From: Candidatus Saccharimonadota bacterium
GTDB lineage: Archaea; Nanobdellota; Nanobdellia; Pacearchaeales; GW2011-AR1
NCBI GenBank assembly: GCA_049511795.1
Contig: JBEKXS010000002.1
Coordinates: 1 to 32,000 of the forward strand
Direction: 5' to 3'
DNA length: 32,000 bases
A model generated the notes under the pieces. It searched no databases, was not told where the DNA came from, and saw nothing but the letters and a program-made list of their open reading frames with translations. Below are positions 7,675-15,755 of the stretch, piece by piece (the first letter of the stretch is position 1; every line of letters begins with the position of its first letter). Both the position numbers and the translations under genes were made by a program.

Positions 7675-8742
7675 CTACTTCTCATTTTTCAGAATGCTCT
7701 TTTCCAAATCTTTATTGTTAACTTTTCTGAGCTTTTCCTGAAAATCTTTTGTGAATTTTATAAGCTCATCTGCAAGCCTTTGTTTTACTTCTTTTGTAAG
7801 AATCTTTCCTGTCTTATAATCATGGACAATTTTCTCGCTCTCTTTTTCATTGAGGAAAAGTTTTGTAAGATAAAATATTGAGACGTCTTTCTCTGGGTCT
7901 GCACCAAGCTTTCTCTGCTCTTCTGCAGTGTCTCTTCCTCCTGAAAAAGCCTTGTTTACTTTTTTTCTTATTTCATCAGGGGAATCTTTGAGAAATATTG
8001 CATTGTTCTTTGATTTTGACATTTTCTCGCCGTCTGTTCCAGGAAGAAAGAAAAGATGAAGGATTGAAGGAAGTTCATAGCCAGCCCGCCTTGCAATGTC
8101 TCTTGAAATTCTTATGTGCGCATCCTCATCAGGTCCTATAGGAACAAGAACATTTTTTATTCCAAATTTTTCCTGGGGAAAAAGGATATGCGCTGCCTGC
8201 ACTGCTGGATAAAAATGAACACCTATATTTTCCTCGTTTTTGTAGCCATATGTTGCTTTTATTTCAGAGAGATTTATTTTTTTTGAAAGTTTTATTGCTA
8301 GATTGTAGATGTTTGTGTATATCTGATCGATTATGAAATATGTTTTTCTCGGATCGAAACCATAAGCAAGAAGCTCGCGAGCAAGTTCCATTGAATTCTT
8401 CAAAGCTTCTTCCTGGGTTTTTACTTTTCCAGTCACATAGCTTTCATCATCAGATATAGGAATAAAGACAGGAATACCATATTTTTTCTGAAAAAACAGG
8501 TTTGTGTCAAAAACAGGCTTATGTCCCAAATGAATTGTTCCAGAAGCATTGAATCCTGAGACAATGGCACATTTTTCTCCTTTCTTTAAGGCAGAGAAAA
8601 ACTGGTCAAAATCCCTGTGCGAATATACAAGTCCTCGCTTAAATGTGTAAAAATCAGGAGTTTCCTTTATTTTTGACATAGCTCCAGCTCCGAATTTCTC
8701 CACAAGCTTCTTATTTTCTTCTTCAAGCATATTCATGTCCAT
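7675..8742 (-). CDS. trpS: Tryptophanyl-tRNA synthetase (archaeal/eukaryotic type)
   Basis: 355 aa class I aaRS. HIGH-type motif TIHLGH, KMSKS motif present, and ISDDESYV resembling the TrpRS TDDEK segment. Confidence 0.85.
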   Translation of the reverse strand: MDMNMLEEENKKLVEKFGAGAMSKIKETPDFYTFKRGLVYSHRDFDQFFSALKKGEKCAIVSGFNASGTIHLGHKPVFDTNLFFQKKYGIPVFIPISDDESYVTGKVKTQEEALKNSMELARELLAYGFDPRKTYFIIDQIYTNIYNLAIKLSKKINLSEIKATYGYKNEENIGVHFYPAVQAAHILFPQEKFGIKNVLVPIGPDEDAHIRISRDIARRAGYELPSILHLFFLPGTDGEKMSKSKNNAIFLKDSPDEIRKKVNKAFSGGRDTAEEQRKLGADPEKDVSIFYLTKLFLNEKESEKIVHDYKTGKILTKEVKQRLADELIKFTKDFQEKLRKVNNKDLEKSILKNEK

Positions 8743-8865
8743 TTTTTATTAAATCACATCAAACTTTTAAATATATCTGACAGATTTCGGAACATTTTAG
8801 CGCATTTTGAGGTTTTTTCAGCTTCCTATAATATAATGCATAATAATCTATAATTTTCATATAAA

Positions 8866-8873
8866 TTTATAAA
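8866..8873 (+). promoter_or_regulatory. TTTATAAA box 29 nt upstream of the ATG at 8895
   Basis: Exact consensus box at the window-typical spacing. Confidence 0.5.
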
Positions 8874-8894
8874 TAAGTTATTGCTTTAAAAATA

Positions 8895-10919
8895 ATGGCA
8901 ACTAAAAGAGGGCTTAATGCAATTCTCATTCTTTCTGTTCTGTTTGTTTTAGTCATTGTTCCTCTTACTTCTGCTGACATAATTATCAATCAACAACCTG
9001 CCAATGTTTACAATCTTGGAGATACAGCTACAATTCCTGTAACAATAAAAACAGCATCAAATGTTGAAGGAATTTTTTACATGGACCTTATCTGCAATGG
9101 CAATGAAATAAATTTCTATAAGGACGGTGTTCAGCTTGCTGCAGGGCAGGAAAAAAATGAGCAGGCATCTTTGGTTTTGTCAAGAACAATTATCGGAAAT
9201 AGTCTTGGAGACTGCACAATAAAGGCATATTTGGGCAGTGATTATTCTCTGACAAGCGCTTTTCAAATCTCTGATGCAATAACAATCACAAGCAACCTTT
9301 CGCAGACAAGCTTTAATCCAGGAGACATAGTATTCATAAAAGGTGTAGCAACAAAGGAAAACCAGAATCCTGCAAATGGTTATGCAGAAGTAATCTTGAT
9401 GGATGGAAATGCAACAATTCTTTCGCAAAACGGAACAGTAAATAATGGATTTTTTTCCTTGAACTTAAGCCTTCCAAACGATACTGCATCAGGAAGTTAT
9501 CTAGTAAGGACAAATGTTTATGAAGAAGATCTTTTAGGCATAACAACAAATCATGGCTCACAGGACAACAACATTTTTGTAAACCAGGTTCCAACAAGTC
9601 TTGAAATTGTTTTCCAAAATCCACAAGTAATGCCTGGAACAGACATGAGTGTTAAGGAAACTCTTTATGATCAAACAGGAATTAAAATAGACACAACAGG
9701 ATTTTTGACAGTAAAAGATAATAACAACAAAATAATTAATCAGGTGCAGGTTTCAACAGACAACTTCACAAATTTCTCAATTGCATCTGACCAGGCACCT
9801 GCAAACTGGACAGTTGTCGCTGTCTCAAACAGGCTTACGAGTGATTCAACATTCACAATCTTGGAAAATGAAAACATAAGCACGACAATAATAAATAATA
9901 CAATCACGATAGCAAACACAGGAAATGTTGTATTCAACAAAACAATTCTTGTTAAAGTGGGAAACCAAAGCTTGAACCTTGATGTTTATCTTCCTGTTGA
10001 CCAAAGCCAGAAATGGGTTTTGACAGCACCAGACGGACAGTACAATGTTCAGGTAATTAATAACGGAGCAATAACAGGAGCAGTTGTTGGCTTGACAGGA
10101 AGCAGTGTAGACATTCAAAAAGCAGGCACTGATTTCTTGAGCATTGTGAAACTTCCTATTGTTTGGGGATTCATGATCTTAATTTTGGGTGCTTTTGCAT
10201 TCATTTTATTCAGAAGAAACTACCAAAAAAATTTTATAGGGTATGCGCCTATATCTTCTAGTAATAAAGGAGGGGCAAGTATTATAGAAAAAAATAAAGG
10301 CATGGACTTAACAATTTATAATCCAAAAAGCAGCAGAGCAGAAGTTGCAATTTCAATAAAAGGCGACAAGCAAGAAGTCAGTGTTTTAGCAGTCAACATA
10401 AAAAACATGATTTCAATCAAGCACACAAAGGGAAGTGGTGGAGAAGAAGTTCTTCAGAAAATAATATCAGCAGCAGAAGACCAGAAAGCTGCAACATATG
10501 ACAATCAAGATTATCTTTACTTCATTTTCGCTCCTGTAAGAACAAAAACATTCACCAATGAAACAACTGCCTTAAGAGCAGCTCAGAAAATAAAGGAGAT
10601 TCTTGACAGCCATAACAGGATTTCAAGGCAGAAGATTGAATTTGGAATCTCTCTTAACTATGGAGAAATAATTGCAAAGCAGGAGCCAGACGTTTTCAAG
10701 TTCATGGGAATGGGAAATCTCATGACAAGGTCAAAAAGAATAGCTTCACTTGCGCAGAATAATATACTCCTTTCTGAAAAAATGACAGACAGGGTAAGGA
10801 CTTCTGTAAGAGTTGAAAAGCTTAAGGTAGATGATTTGGATGTTTATGCACTTACAGAGATGAAGGACGCAAGCAGGAATGAAAAGTTCCTTAAGGGCTT
10901 CATGAAAAGAAATGGTTAA
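8895..10919 (+). CDS. Receptor-like type I membrane protein: signal peptide, glycosylated Ig-like ectodomain, one TM, cytoplasmic cyclase-homology-like domain
   Basis: 674 aa.
- Signal peptide: ..LVIVPLTSA/DII.
- Ectodomain: about 400 aa with more than 10 N-x-S/T sequons.
- TM segment: IVWGFMILILGAFAFILF, about aa 420-440.
- Cytoplasmic part (about aa 480-660) lines up by eye with class III cyclase blocks: VSVLAVNIKNM, QDYLYFIFAP, EFGISLNYGEIIAK, FMGMGNLMTRSKRIASLA..ILLSEKM. Confidence 0.7.
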   Translation: MATKRGLNAILILSVLFVLVIVPLTSADIIINQQPANVYNLGDTATIPVTIKTASNVEGIFYMDLICNGNEINFYKDGVQLAAGQEKNEQASLVLSRTIIGNSLGDCTIKAYLGSDYSLTSAFQISDAITITSNLSQTSFNPGDIVFIKGVATKENQNPANGYAEVILMDGNATILSQNGTVNNGFFSLNLSLPNDTASGSYLVRTNVYEEDLLGITTNHGSQDNNIFVNQVPTSLEIVFQNPQVMPGTDMSVKETLYDQTGIKIDTTGFLTVKDNNNKIINQVQVSTDNFTNFSIASDQAPANWTVVAVSNRLTSDSTFTILENENISTTIINNTITIANTGNVVFNKTILVKVGNQSLNLDVYLPVDQSQKWVLTAPDGQYNVQVINNGAITGAVVGLTGSSVDIQKAGTDFLSIVKLPIVWGFMILILGAFAFILFRRNYQKNFIGYAPISSSNKGGASIIEKNKGMDLTIYNPKSSRAEVAISIKGDKQEVSVLAVNIKNMISIKHTKGSGGEEVLQKIISAAEDQKAATYDNQDYLYFIFAPVRTKTFTNETTALRAAQKIKEILDSHNRISRQKIEFGISLNYGEIIAKQEPDVFKFMGMGNLMTRSKRIASLAQNNILLSEKMTDRVRTSVRVEKLKVDDLDVYALTEMKDASRNEKFLKGFMKRNG

Positions 10920-10939
10920 GGATTAATTCTAAATTAAAA

Positions 10940-11746
10940 TTATTTTTTCTGTTTTTCTTTGTTGGTTTCTTTAGGTTTGTGCCATATCCTAAATCCAATT
11001 CCAGTCAAGAGTAAAACAGTTCCAAGAATTAATGAAAACCAGAAAGTAATGTTTGCAGTAGCCAAAAATATACTAAGCAAAGAGCCAAATTGGCCAAGCA
11101 TGTTTGCAACTGTCTTTATTACCTGTGAAACAAATATTCCAGAGGCAATAAGAAGGGTTCCTATTATTATTGAAGCATTTGCCTTTCTTTGTGCAGCCCA
11201 GAAAAGAAGAGCAATCAGCAAAAGTGTAACAATAACAGCAAGATAAAACTTACCCATGAAATACTGCTGCGACATTTCTGAAACAAGGAAAGTTGGTGGA
11301 TTTACAGTTGAAAAACACTGCGTGAAGCTGCAATTGTATTGTTTGTAGTAAAAAGCAGATACAATGCTGTCAAGGCTTTGATTTATTATTTGTTGAGCAG
11401 AATTAGAGCTTGAAAAATTTACGCTACTGCAAGGAATGCTAATGCTGTATCCTCCAGAGCTATAATTGTAAACATATCCTGGATTTGCTTGGCAGAAAGC
11501 TTTTGCCTGGTCTGTTGCACTTTGTGCATATTGTGTTATGTTTACGTTTTGTGTAACAGCTGAAGGAAGAATGTTATTTGCTCCTGTGCTTGTTCCTGAT
11601 AAATCCTGAACAAGGGGGTACAATCCCGCTTTAACATTGTCATATTTCAATGATGTTCCCAAAACAAATAATGTATTTGAAGCAATTAATGAAACAAAAA
11701 GAAGTATGCTAAGCAAAACAATAGCTAGCACTCTTAAAAAACCCAT
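10940..11746 (-). CDS. Integral membrane protein with a Cys-containing extracellular loop
   Basis: 268 aa. An N-terminal TM segment, an extracellular segment of about 140 aa with 6 Cys and several sequons, then 3-4 C-terminal TM segments and a Lys-rich tail. A TTTATAAA box at 11768-11775 lies 29 nt upstream. Confidence 0.65.
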   Translation of the reverse strand: MGFLRVLAIVLLSILLFVSLIASNTLFVLGTSLKYDNVKAGLYPLVQDLSGTSTGANNILPSAVTQNVNITQYAQSATDQAKAFCQANPGYVYNYSSGGYSISIPCSSVNFSSSNSAQQIINQSLDSIVSAFYYKQYNCSFTQCFSTVNPPTFLVSEMSQQYFMGKFYLAVIVTLLLIALLFWAAQRKANASIIIGTLLIASGIFVSQVIKTVANMLGQFGSLLSIFLATANITFWFSLILGTVLLLTGIGFRIWHKPKETNKEKQKK

Positions 11747-11767
11747 TTTTAATAAAAGTAAAAAGTG

Positions 11768-11775
11768 TTTATAAA
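11768..11775 (-). promoter_or_regulatory. TTTATAAA box 29 nt upstream of the ATG at 11746
   Basis: Exact palindromic consensus box at the typical spacing. Confidence 0.5.
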
Positions 11776-11789
11776 TTTTAACAAAAACC

Positions 11790-11797
11790 TTTATTAA
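11790..11797 (+). promoter_or_regulatory. TATA-like box TTTATTAA 29 nt upstream of the ppsA ATG at 11819
   Basis: Spacing rule. It is separate from the neighbouring box that serves the divergent gene. Confidence 0.45.
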
Positions 11798-11818
11798 TCT
11801 GAAATATTTTTACTATTT

Positions 11819-14302
11819 ATGCTGGTGAAAAAAAGAGGCGCTGATTCTAAAACAGAATTCGTGAAATGGTTTTCTGAATTAAACAAGAGCTCTGGCAAGG
11901 TTTCTGGCGGAAAGGGAGCGAACCTAGCAGAAATTTTCAATCTTCATGTTCCTGTTCCTCCTGGATTTATAATAACAGCGCAGGCATATGATTACTTCAT
12001 AAAAAAAGCTGGAATCGATGCAAAAATAAAATCTCTTCTTGAAAAAATAAATTATGAAGATACAAAAGAGCTTGACAAGATAACAAAGCAAATCAGGGAA
12101 ATGATAGAAAGTGCAAAATACACAGAAGAGATGAAGGAAGAAATTCTGGAAGCATATGAAATACTTGGAACAGAAGGAAAAGATGTAAAAGAAGGCGAAG
12201 CAAGCACTGTTTTGGCTTCTTCCCAAAAAAATGTTTTTGTTGCAGTAAGAAGCAGTGCAACAACAGAAGATTTGGCAGAGGCAAGTTTCGCAGGCCAGCA
12301 GGAAAGCTTCCTTAATGTGAAAGGAAAGGAAGAGCTTTTGACTTCGATAAAAAAATGTTTTGCTTCTCTTTTCACTCCGAGGGCAACATATTACAGGAAC
12401 AAAAAAGGATTTGGTAATGAAGGCGTTAGTCTTGCAGTTGTTATCCAAAGAATGATTAATTCAGAAAAATCAGGAGTTATTTTTACAAAGGATCCTTCAA
12501 TGAACCGTGATGGTGTTGTAATAGAAGCTGTATGGGGACTTGGAGAAGGAATTGTTTCTGGAAGAATCACGCCAGACAGATATCTTGTGAAAAATGAGAA
12601 AATAAAGGAAAAGGAAACAGCAGAAAAGAAAATCGCATTCATTAGGGATTCGGAAGGAAAGACAAAAATAATAAAACTTAAGGAAGAAAAATCAAAAGAA
12701 AATGTCCTGAAAGAGCATGAAACGATAAGGCTTGCAGATATAGCATTAAAGCTCGAAGCTCATTACAAAAAGCCTCAGGATATAGAATTCGCAATAGAAA
12801 ATGGCGAGATTTTTATTGTTCAAACAAGACCAATAACAACATTGGGAAAAACAGGGGGTTTAAAGGAAGGAAAAGAAATCAAAGGCCAGGTTGTTCTCAC
12901 AGGTCTTGCAGCTTCTCCAGGCATAGGCTCTGGAAAAGTAAAAATTGTTCACAAAATAGAAGATTTGGATAAAATCGAGAAAGGAGATATTCTTGTGACA
13001 GAAATGACAAATCCAGATATGGTTGTCACAATGCAGCGCTGTTCTGCTATTGTTACAGATGAAGGGGGAATAACAGCACATGCAGCAATTGTCTCAAGGG
13101 AAATGGGAATTCCTGCAGTTGTTGGAACAGAAGAAGCTACAAAAAAACTTGAAGAAGGTGAAATCATAACTGTTGATGGTTTCAATGGCAAAGTTTACAG
13201 GGGAAAAGTTTCTGAAACAGTGCAAAAAGAAATAAGGCCTGTTGTCCATAAAACAAAAACAAGAATAAAAGTTATCATCGACCTGCCAACATATGCAGAG
13301 CATGCTTCTAAAACAGGGTTGAAAGGAATTGGTCTTGCAAGAATTGAAGGAATAATTGCAGAATCTGGAAAACATCCCTACTATTTCTTGGAAAAAGGCA
13401 AAATGAAAGATTATGAGGAAATTATTTTCCGTGGAATTAAAAAGCTGGCGGAATATTTTGATGAGATATGGGTAAGAACTTCTGATATAAGAAGCGACGA
13501 GTTCCAGAACCTTGATGGTGCTCCTAAAAAAATCGAGGCAAATCCAATGCTTGGAATGCACGGCATCCGCTTCTCGCTAAAAAATCCTGAAATTCTCAAG
13601 GCAGAAATAAAAGCAATGAAGCGTGTTTCAGAGCATGACAAAGGAAAAACAATAGGTCTTATGTTCCCCCAAATTATATCTGTTGATGAAGTGAAAAAAG
13701 CAAAAGAAATTGTGAAAGAAGTTGGATTCCAAAAAGCAAAAATTGGGATTATGGTTGAAACTCCTGCAGCTGTCCAGGTAATAAATGAAATATGCGCAGA
13801 AAAAATTGATTTCATTTCTTTTGGTACAAATGACTTAACTCAGTTCACGCTTGCAATCGACCGTGGCAACGAACAGGTTCAGGATTTGTACAATGAAATG
13901 AACCCAGCTATTCTTCATCAGCTTGCAACTGTTATAAGAGCATGCAAAAGAAACAATGTTGAAACAAGCATCTGCGGGCAATCTGGCAGCAAAAAAGAAA
14001 TGGTTAAGTTTCTTGTTGAAAACGGTATTGACAGCATAAGTGTTAATTCAGATGTTGCAGCAGATATTGCAGAATATGTTTCCGAGCTTGAAAAGGTGGG
14101 GAACAAAAGCAGCAAAAGTGAGCACAGAAATTATGAGCCACTAGATGAGCGTCCGCCAAAGAAAATTGACAAAGAATTAAGGGAAGAAAAGCCTGTTTAT
14201 GAGGAAGATATATCAAAAGAAGATTTGCCTGTAATTCCAGGTACAGAAGCAGACAGTGTAAAAGATGGAATGGATCCTCTTGAAAGCAATGATGTGTTTT
14301 AG
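11819..14302 (+). CDS. ppsA: Phosphoenolpyruvate synthase (pyruvate, water dikinase)
   Basis: 827 aa.
- N-terminal ATP-grasp domain with GGKGANLAE.
- Swivelling phosphohistidine domain: TDEGGITAHAAIVSREMGIPAVVG.
- C-terminal PEP-utilising barrel: FISFGTNDLTQ.
- An acidic C-terminal extension of about 65 aa. Confidence 0.9.
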   Translation: MLVKKRGADSKTEFVKWFSELNKSSGKVSGGKGANLAEIFNLHVPVPPGFIITAQAYDYFIKKAGIDAKIKSLLEKINYEDTKELDKITKQIREMIESAKYTEEMKEEILEAYEILGTEGKDVKEGEASTVLASSQKNVFVAVRSSATTEDLAEASFAGQQESFLNVKGKEELLTSIKKCFASLFTPRATYYRNKKGFGNEGVSLAVVIQRMINSEKSGVIFTKDPSMNRDGVVIEAVWGLGEGIVSGRITPDRYLVKNEKIKEKETAEKKIAFIRDSEGKTKIIKLKEEKSKENVLKEHETIRLADIALKLEAHYKKPQDIEFAIENGEIFIVQTRPITTLGKTGGLKEGKEIKGQVVLTGLAASPGIGSGKVKIVHKIEDLDKIEKGDILVTEMTNPDMVVTMQRCSAIVTDEGGITAHAAIVSREMGIPAVVGTEEATKKLEEGEIITVDGFNGKVYRGKVSETVQKEIRPVVHKTKTRIKVIIDLPTYAEHASKTGLKGIGLARIEGIIAESGKHPYYFLEKGKMKDYEEIIFRGIKKLAEYFDEIWVRTSDIRSDEFQNLDGAPKKIEANPMLGMHGIRFSLKNPEILKAEIKAMKRVSEHDKGKTIGLMFPQIISVDEVKKAKEIVKEVGFQKAKIGIMVETPAAVQVINEICAEKIDFISFGTNDLTQFTLAIDRGNEQVQDLYNEMNPAILHQLATVIRACKRNNVETSICGQSGSKKEMVKFLVENGIDSISVNSDVAADIAEYVSELEKVGNKSSKSEHRNYEPLDERPPKKIDKELREEKPVYEEDISKEDLPVIPGTEADSVKDGMDPLESNDVF

Positions 14303-14321
14303 AGCATAAATATTCTAAAAA

Positions 14322-14329
14322 TTTATAAA
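14322..14329 (+). promoter_or_regulatory. TTTATAAA box 30 nt upstream of the ATG at 14352
   Basis: Exact consensus box. Confidence 0.5.
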
Positions 14330-14351
14330 CAAAAAATACCTCTGAAAATAG

Positions 14352-14981
14352 ATGGCTAAAAAGACTTTTTCTAAGATGAAAAAAGGGGTAAAGGCAAAAA
14401 GCATAAAGAAAAAACTAAACCCTGGAGCAAAATCAACAGAGGTAGTTTATCATTCAACAAAGGAAATAAAAGTTGAGAAAGCGCTTATTGACAATTTTAT
14501 AGGTCTGCAAAAAGTTATGGTTGGTCTTTCAACTAAATTTGATAGTCTTTCTGACCAGATATCAAAGCTCCTTGACCTTTTCGAGATTTCTGCAAAATCG
14601 CTTGCAAGAAAAGAGCTTTCATCTCCGGGAACTATAAATACTCAAGCAAACCAGGCAGATGCAAGAAGAATATTGGACAGGCTTGATAATATTTCAAAAC
14701 AGGCCGGACTGATTGGAAGAGGCCTTGCATTAATTCACGAAGTAGGAACAGAAAATGCAAATCCTGTAATTCCCTTAAATATTAACAAGAATAGATTAAA
14801 TCTAGGAACAATGCCAGCGATAAGCAAGCCTTTCCCAACAATGCCGAAGACAGACCAGTCAGTGCCTGCACCTTCAGATTCAGGTTCTGACCAAACGAAC
14901 TCGGCACCAGCAAAAAAAATGACAATGGAACTTGACAGTTTTGAAAAATCATCATCAAGAGACAGCAATAATGTGCCTTAG
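14352..14981 (+). CDS. Hypothetical protein: Lys-rich N-terminus, predicted coiled-coil segment, disordered S/P/N-rich C-terminus
   Basis: 209 aa. ..EKALIDNFIGLQKVMVGLSTKFDSLSDQISKLLDLFEISAKSLARKE.. shows heptad-like spacing. It is followed 3 nt later by the next ORF, so the two are probably co-transcribed. Confidence 0.55.
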   Translation: MAKKTFSKMKKGVKAKSIKKKLNPGAKSTEVVYHSTKEIKVEKALIDNFIGLQKVMVGLSTKFDSLSDQISKLLDLFEISAKSLARKELSSPGTINTQANQADARRILDRLDNISKQAGLIGRGLALIHEVGTENANPVIPLNINKNRLNLGTMPAISKPFPTMPKTDQSVPAPSDSGSDQTNSAPAKKMTMELDSFEKSSSRDSNNVP

Positions 14982-14984
14982 AAA

Positions 14985-15755
14985 ATGTTGGAGCAGACTT
15001 CAAATGATTTCAGGGAAAGATTTCTTCTAAAATTGACAAAAGAGATAATTGAAAATACAAATTATTACCGCGGATTCAAAGTTAATTTTGAAGCACAAAA
15101 CCTTTTCAGGGCAAAACAGGGAAATAAGGAAGACGAGAGAAAGATTTTGGGAATTTTGAACGCTCCAAAAACACTTGACATAGAAAGGCACAATCAAGCA
15201 ATGATTAAAAAGCAGAAAGAAGAAATCAAGGCAAGCATTAAGGACAAAATAAAAGATGAGTCTGAAAAACTTTCTGAGATGAAAAAAAGCAACCTTGCAG
15301 AAGAGCTCAGCTCTTTTTCAAGAAAATTCCAGAGGCCAATGTTTGTTCCATTTGGACAGCCAGGCTCTGTATTTCAAAGAAGATTCCAGCCATTAATGAT
15401 ACCTGAGCAGCCTCTTCCAGAAACAGTAAGCTATGTAAGACCAATTGCAACTTCTGAAGAAATAGATTTGGGAAGAGTAAATATTCTTATACATGACCCG
15501 TTAGTTAAAATTATAGAATGTGATGGTCCTAATGACAATGTTTATGTTATGGGCATTATGGGAAGAAAGAAAACCCCGATAAAGCTCAGCAAAGAGGAAA
15601 TAGAGCAGGTTGTAAAATCTTTTTCTGAGTCTGCAAAAATACCAAGCACAGAAGGCCTCTTCAAGGCAGCTGTGGGAAATCTCGTAATTTCAGCTGTTAT
15701 TTCAGACATAGCAGGAATACAGTTTATTATAAGAAAAATTGCCCCGGAATTCTAA
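14985..15755 (+). CDS. Protein resembling only the N-terminal (pre-Walker A) domain of archaeal FlaI/PilB-type secretion ATPases
   Basis: 256 aa. The C-terminal approximately 95 aa read LGRVNILIHDPLVKIIECDGPNDNVYVMGIMGRKKTPIKLSKEEIEQVVKSFSESAKIPSTEGLFKAAVGNLVISAVISDIAGIQFIIRKIAPEF. This follows the remembered FlaI pattern G.i.pLm.DP.iEDIsCDG....VYV.....g...Tni.f..eEeld.fi..la...gk.is...p..da.l......fTIRKF. The protein stops right after the IRK motif. There is no P-loop. Confidence 0.55.
   Translation: MLEQTSNDFRERFLLKLTKEIIENTNYYRGFKVNFEAQNLFRAKQGNKEDERKILGILNAPKTLDIERHNQAMIKKQKEEIKASIKDKIKDESEKLSEMKKSNLAEELSSFSRKFQRPMFVPFGQPGSVFQRRFQPLMIPEQPLPETVSYVRPIATSEEIDLGRVNILIHDPLVKIIECDGPNDNVYVMGIMGRKKTPIKLSKEEIEQVVKSFSESAKIPSTEGLFKAAVGNLVISAVISDIAGIQFIIRKIAPEF

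Noticed and set aside
11924-14115. Numerous minus-strand ORFs (63-174 aa) across ppsA
   Set aside because: All are antisense to PEP synthase. Their low-complexity F/S/C-rich translations are the mirror of a Lys/Glu-rich gene in AT-rich DNA.
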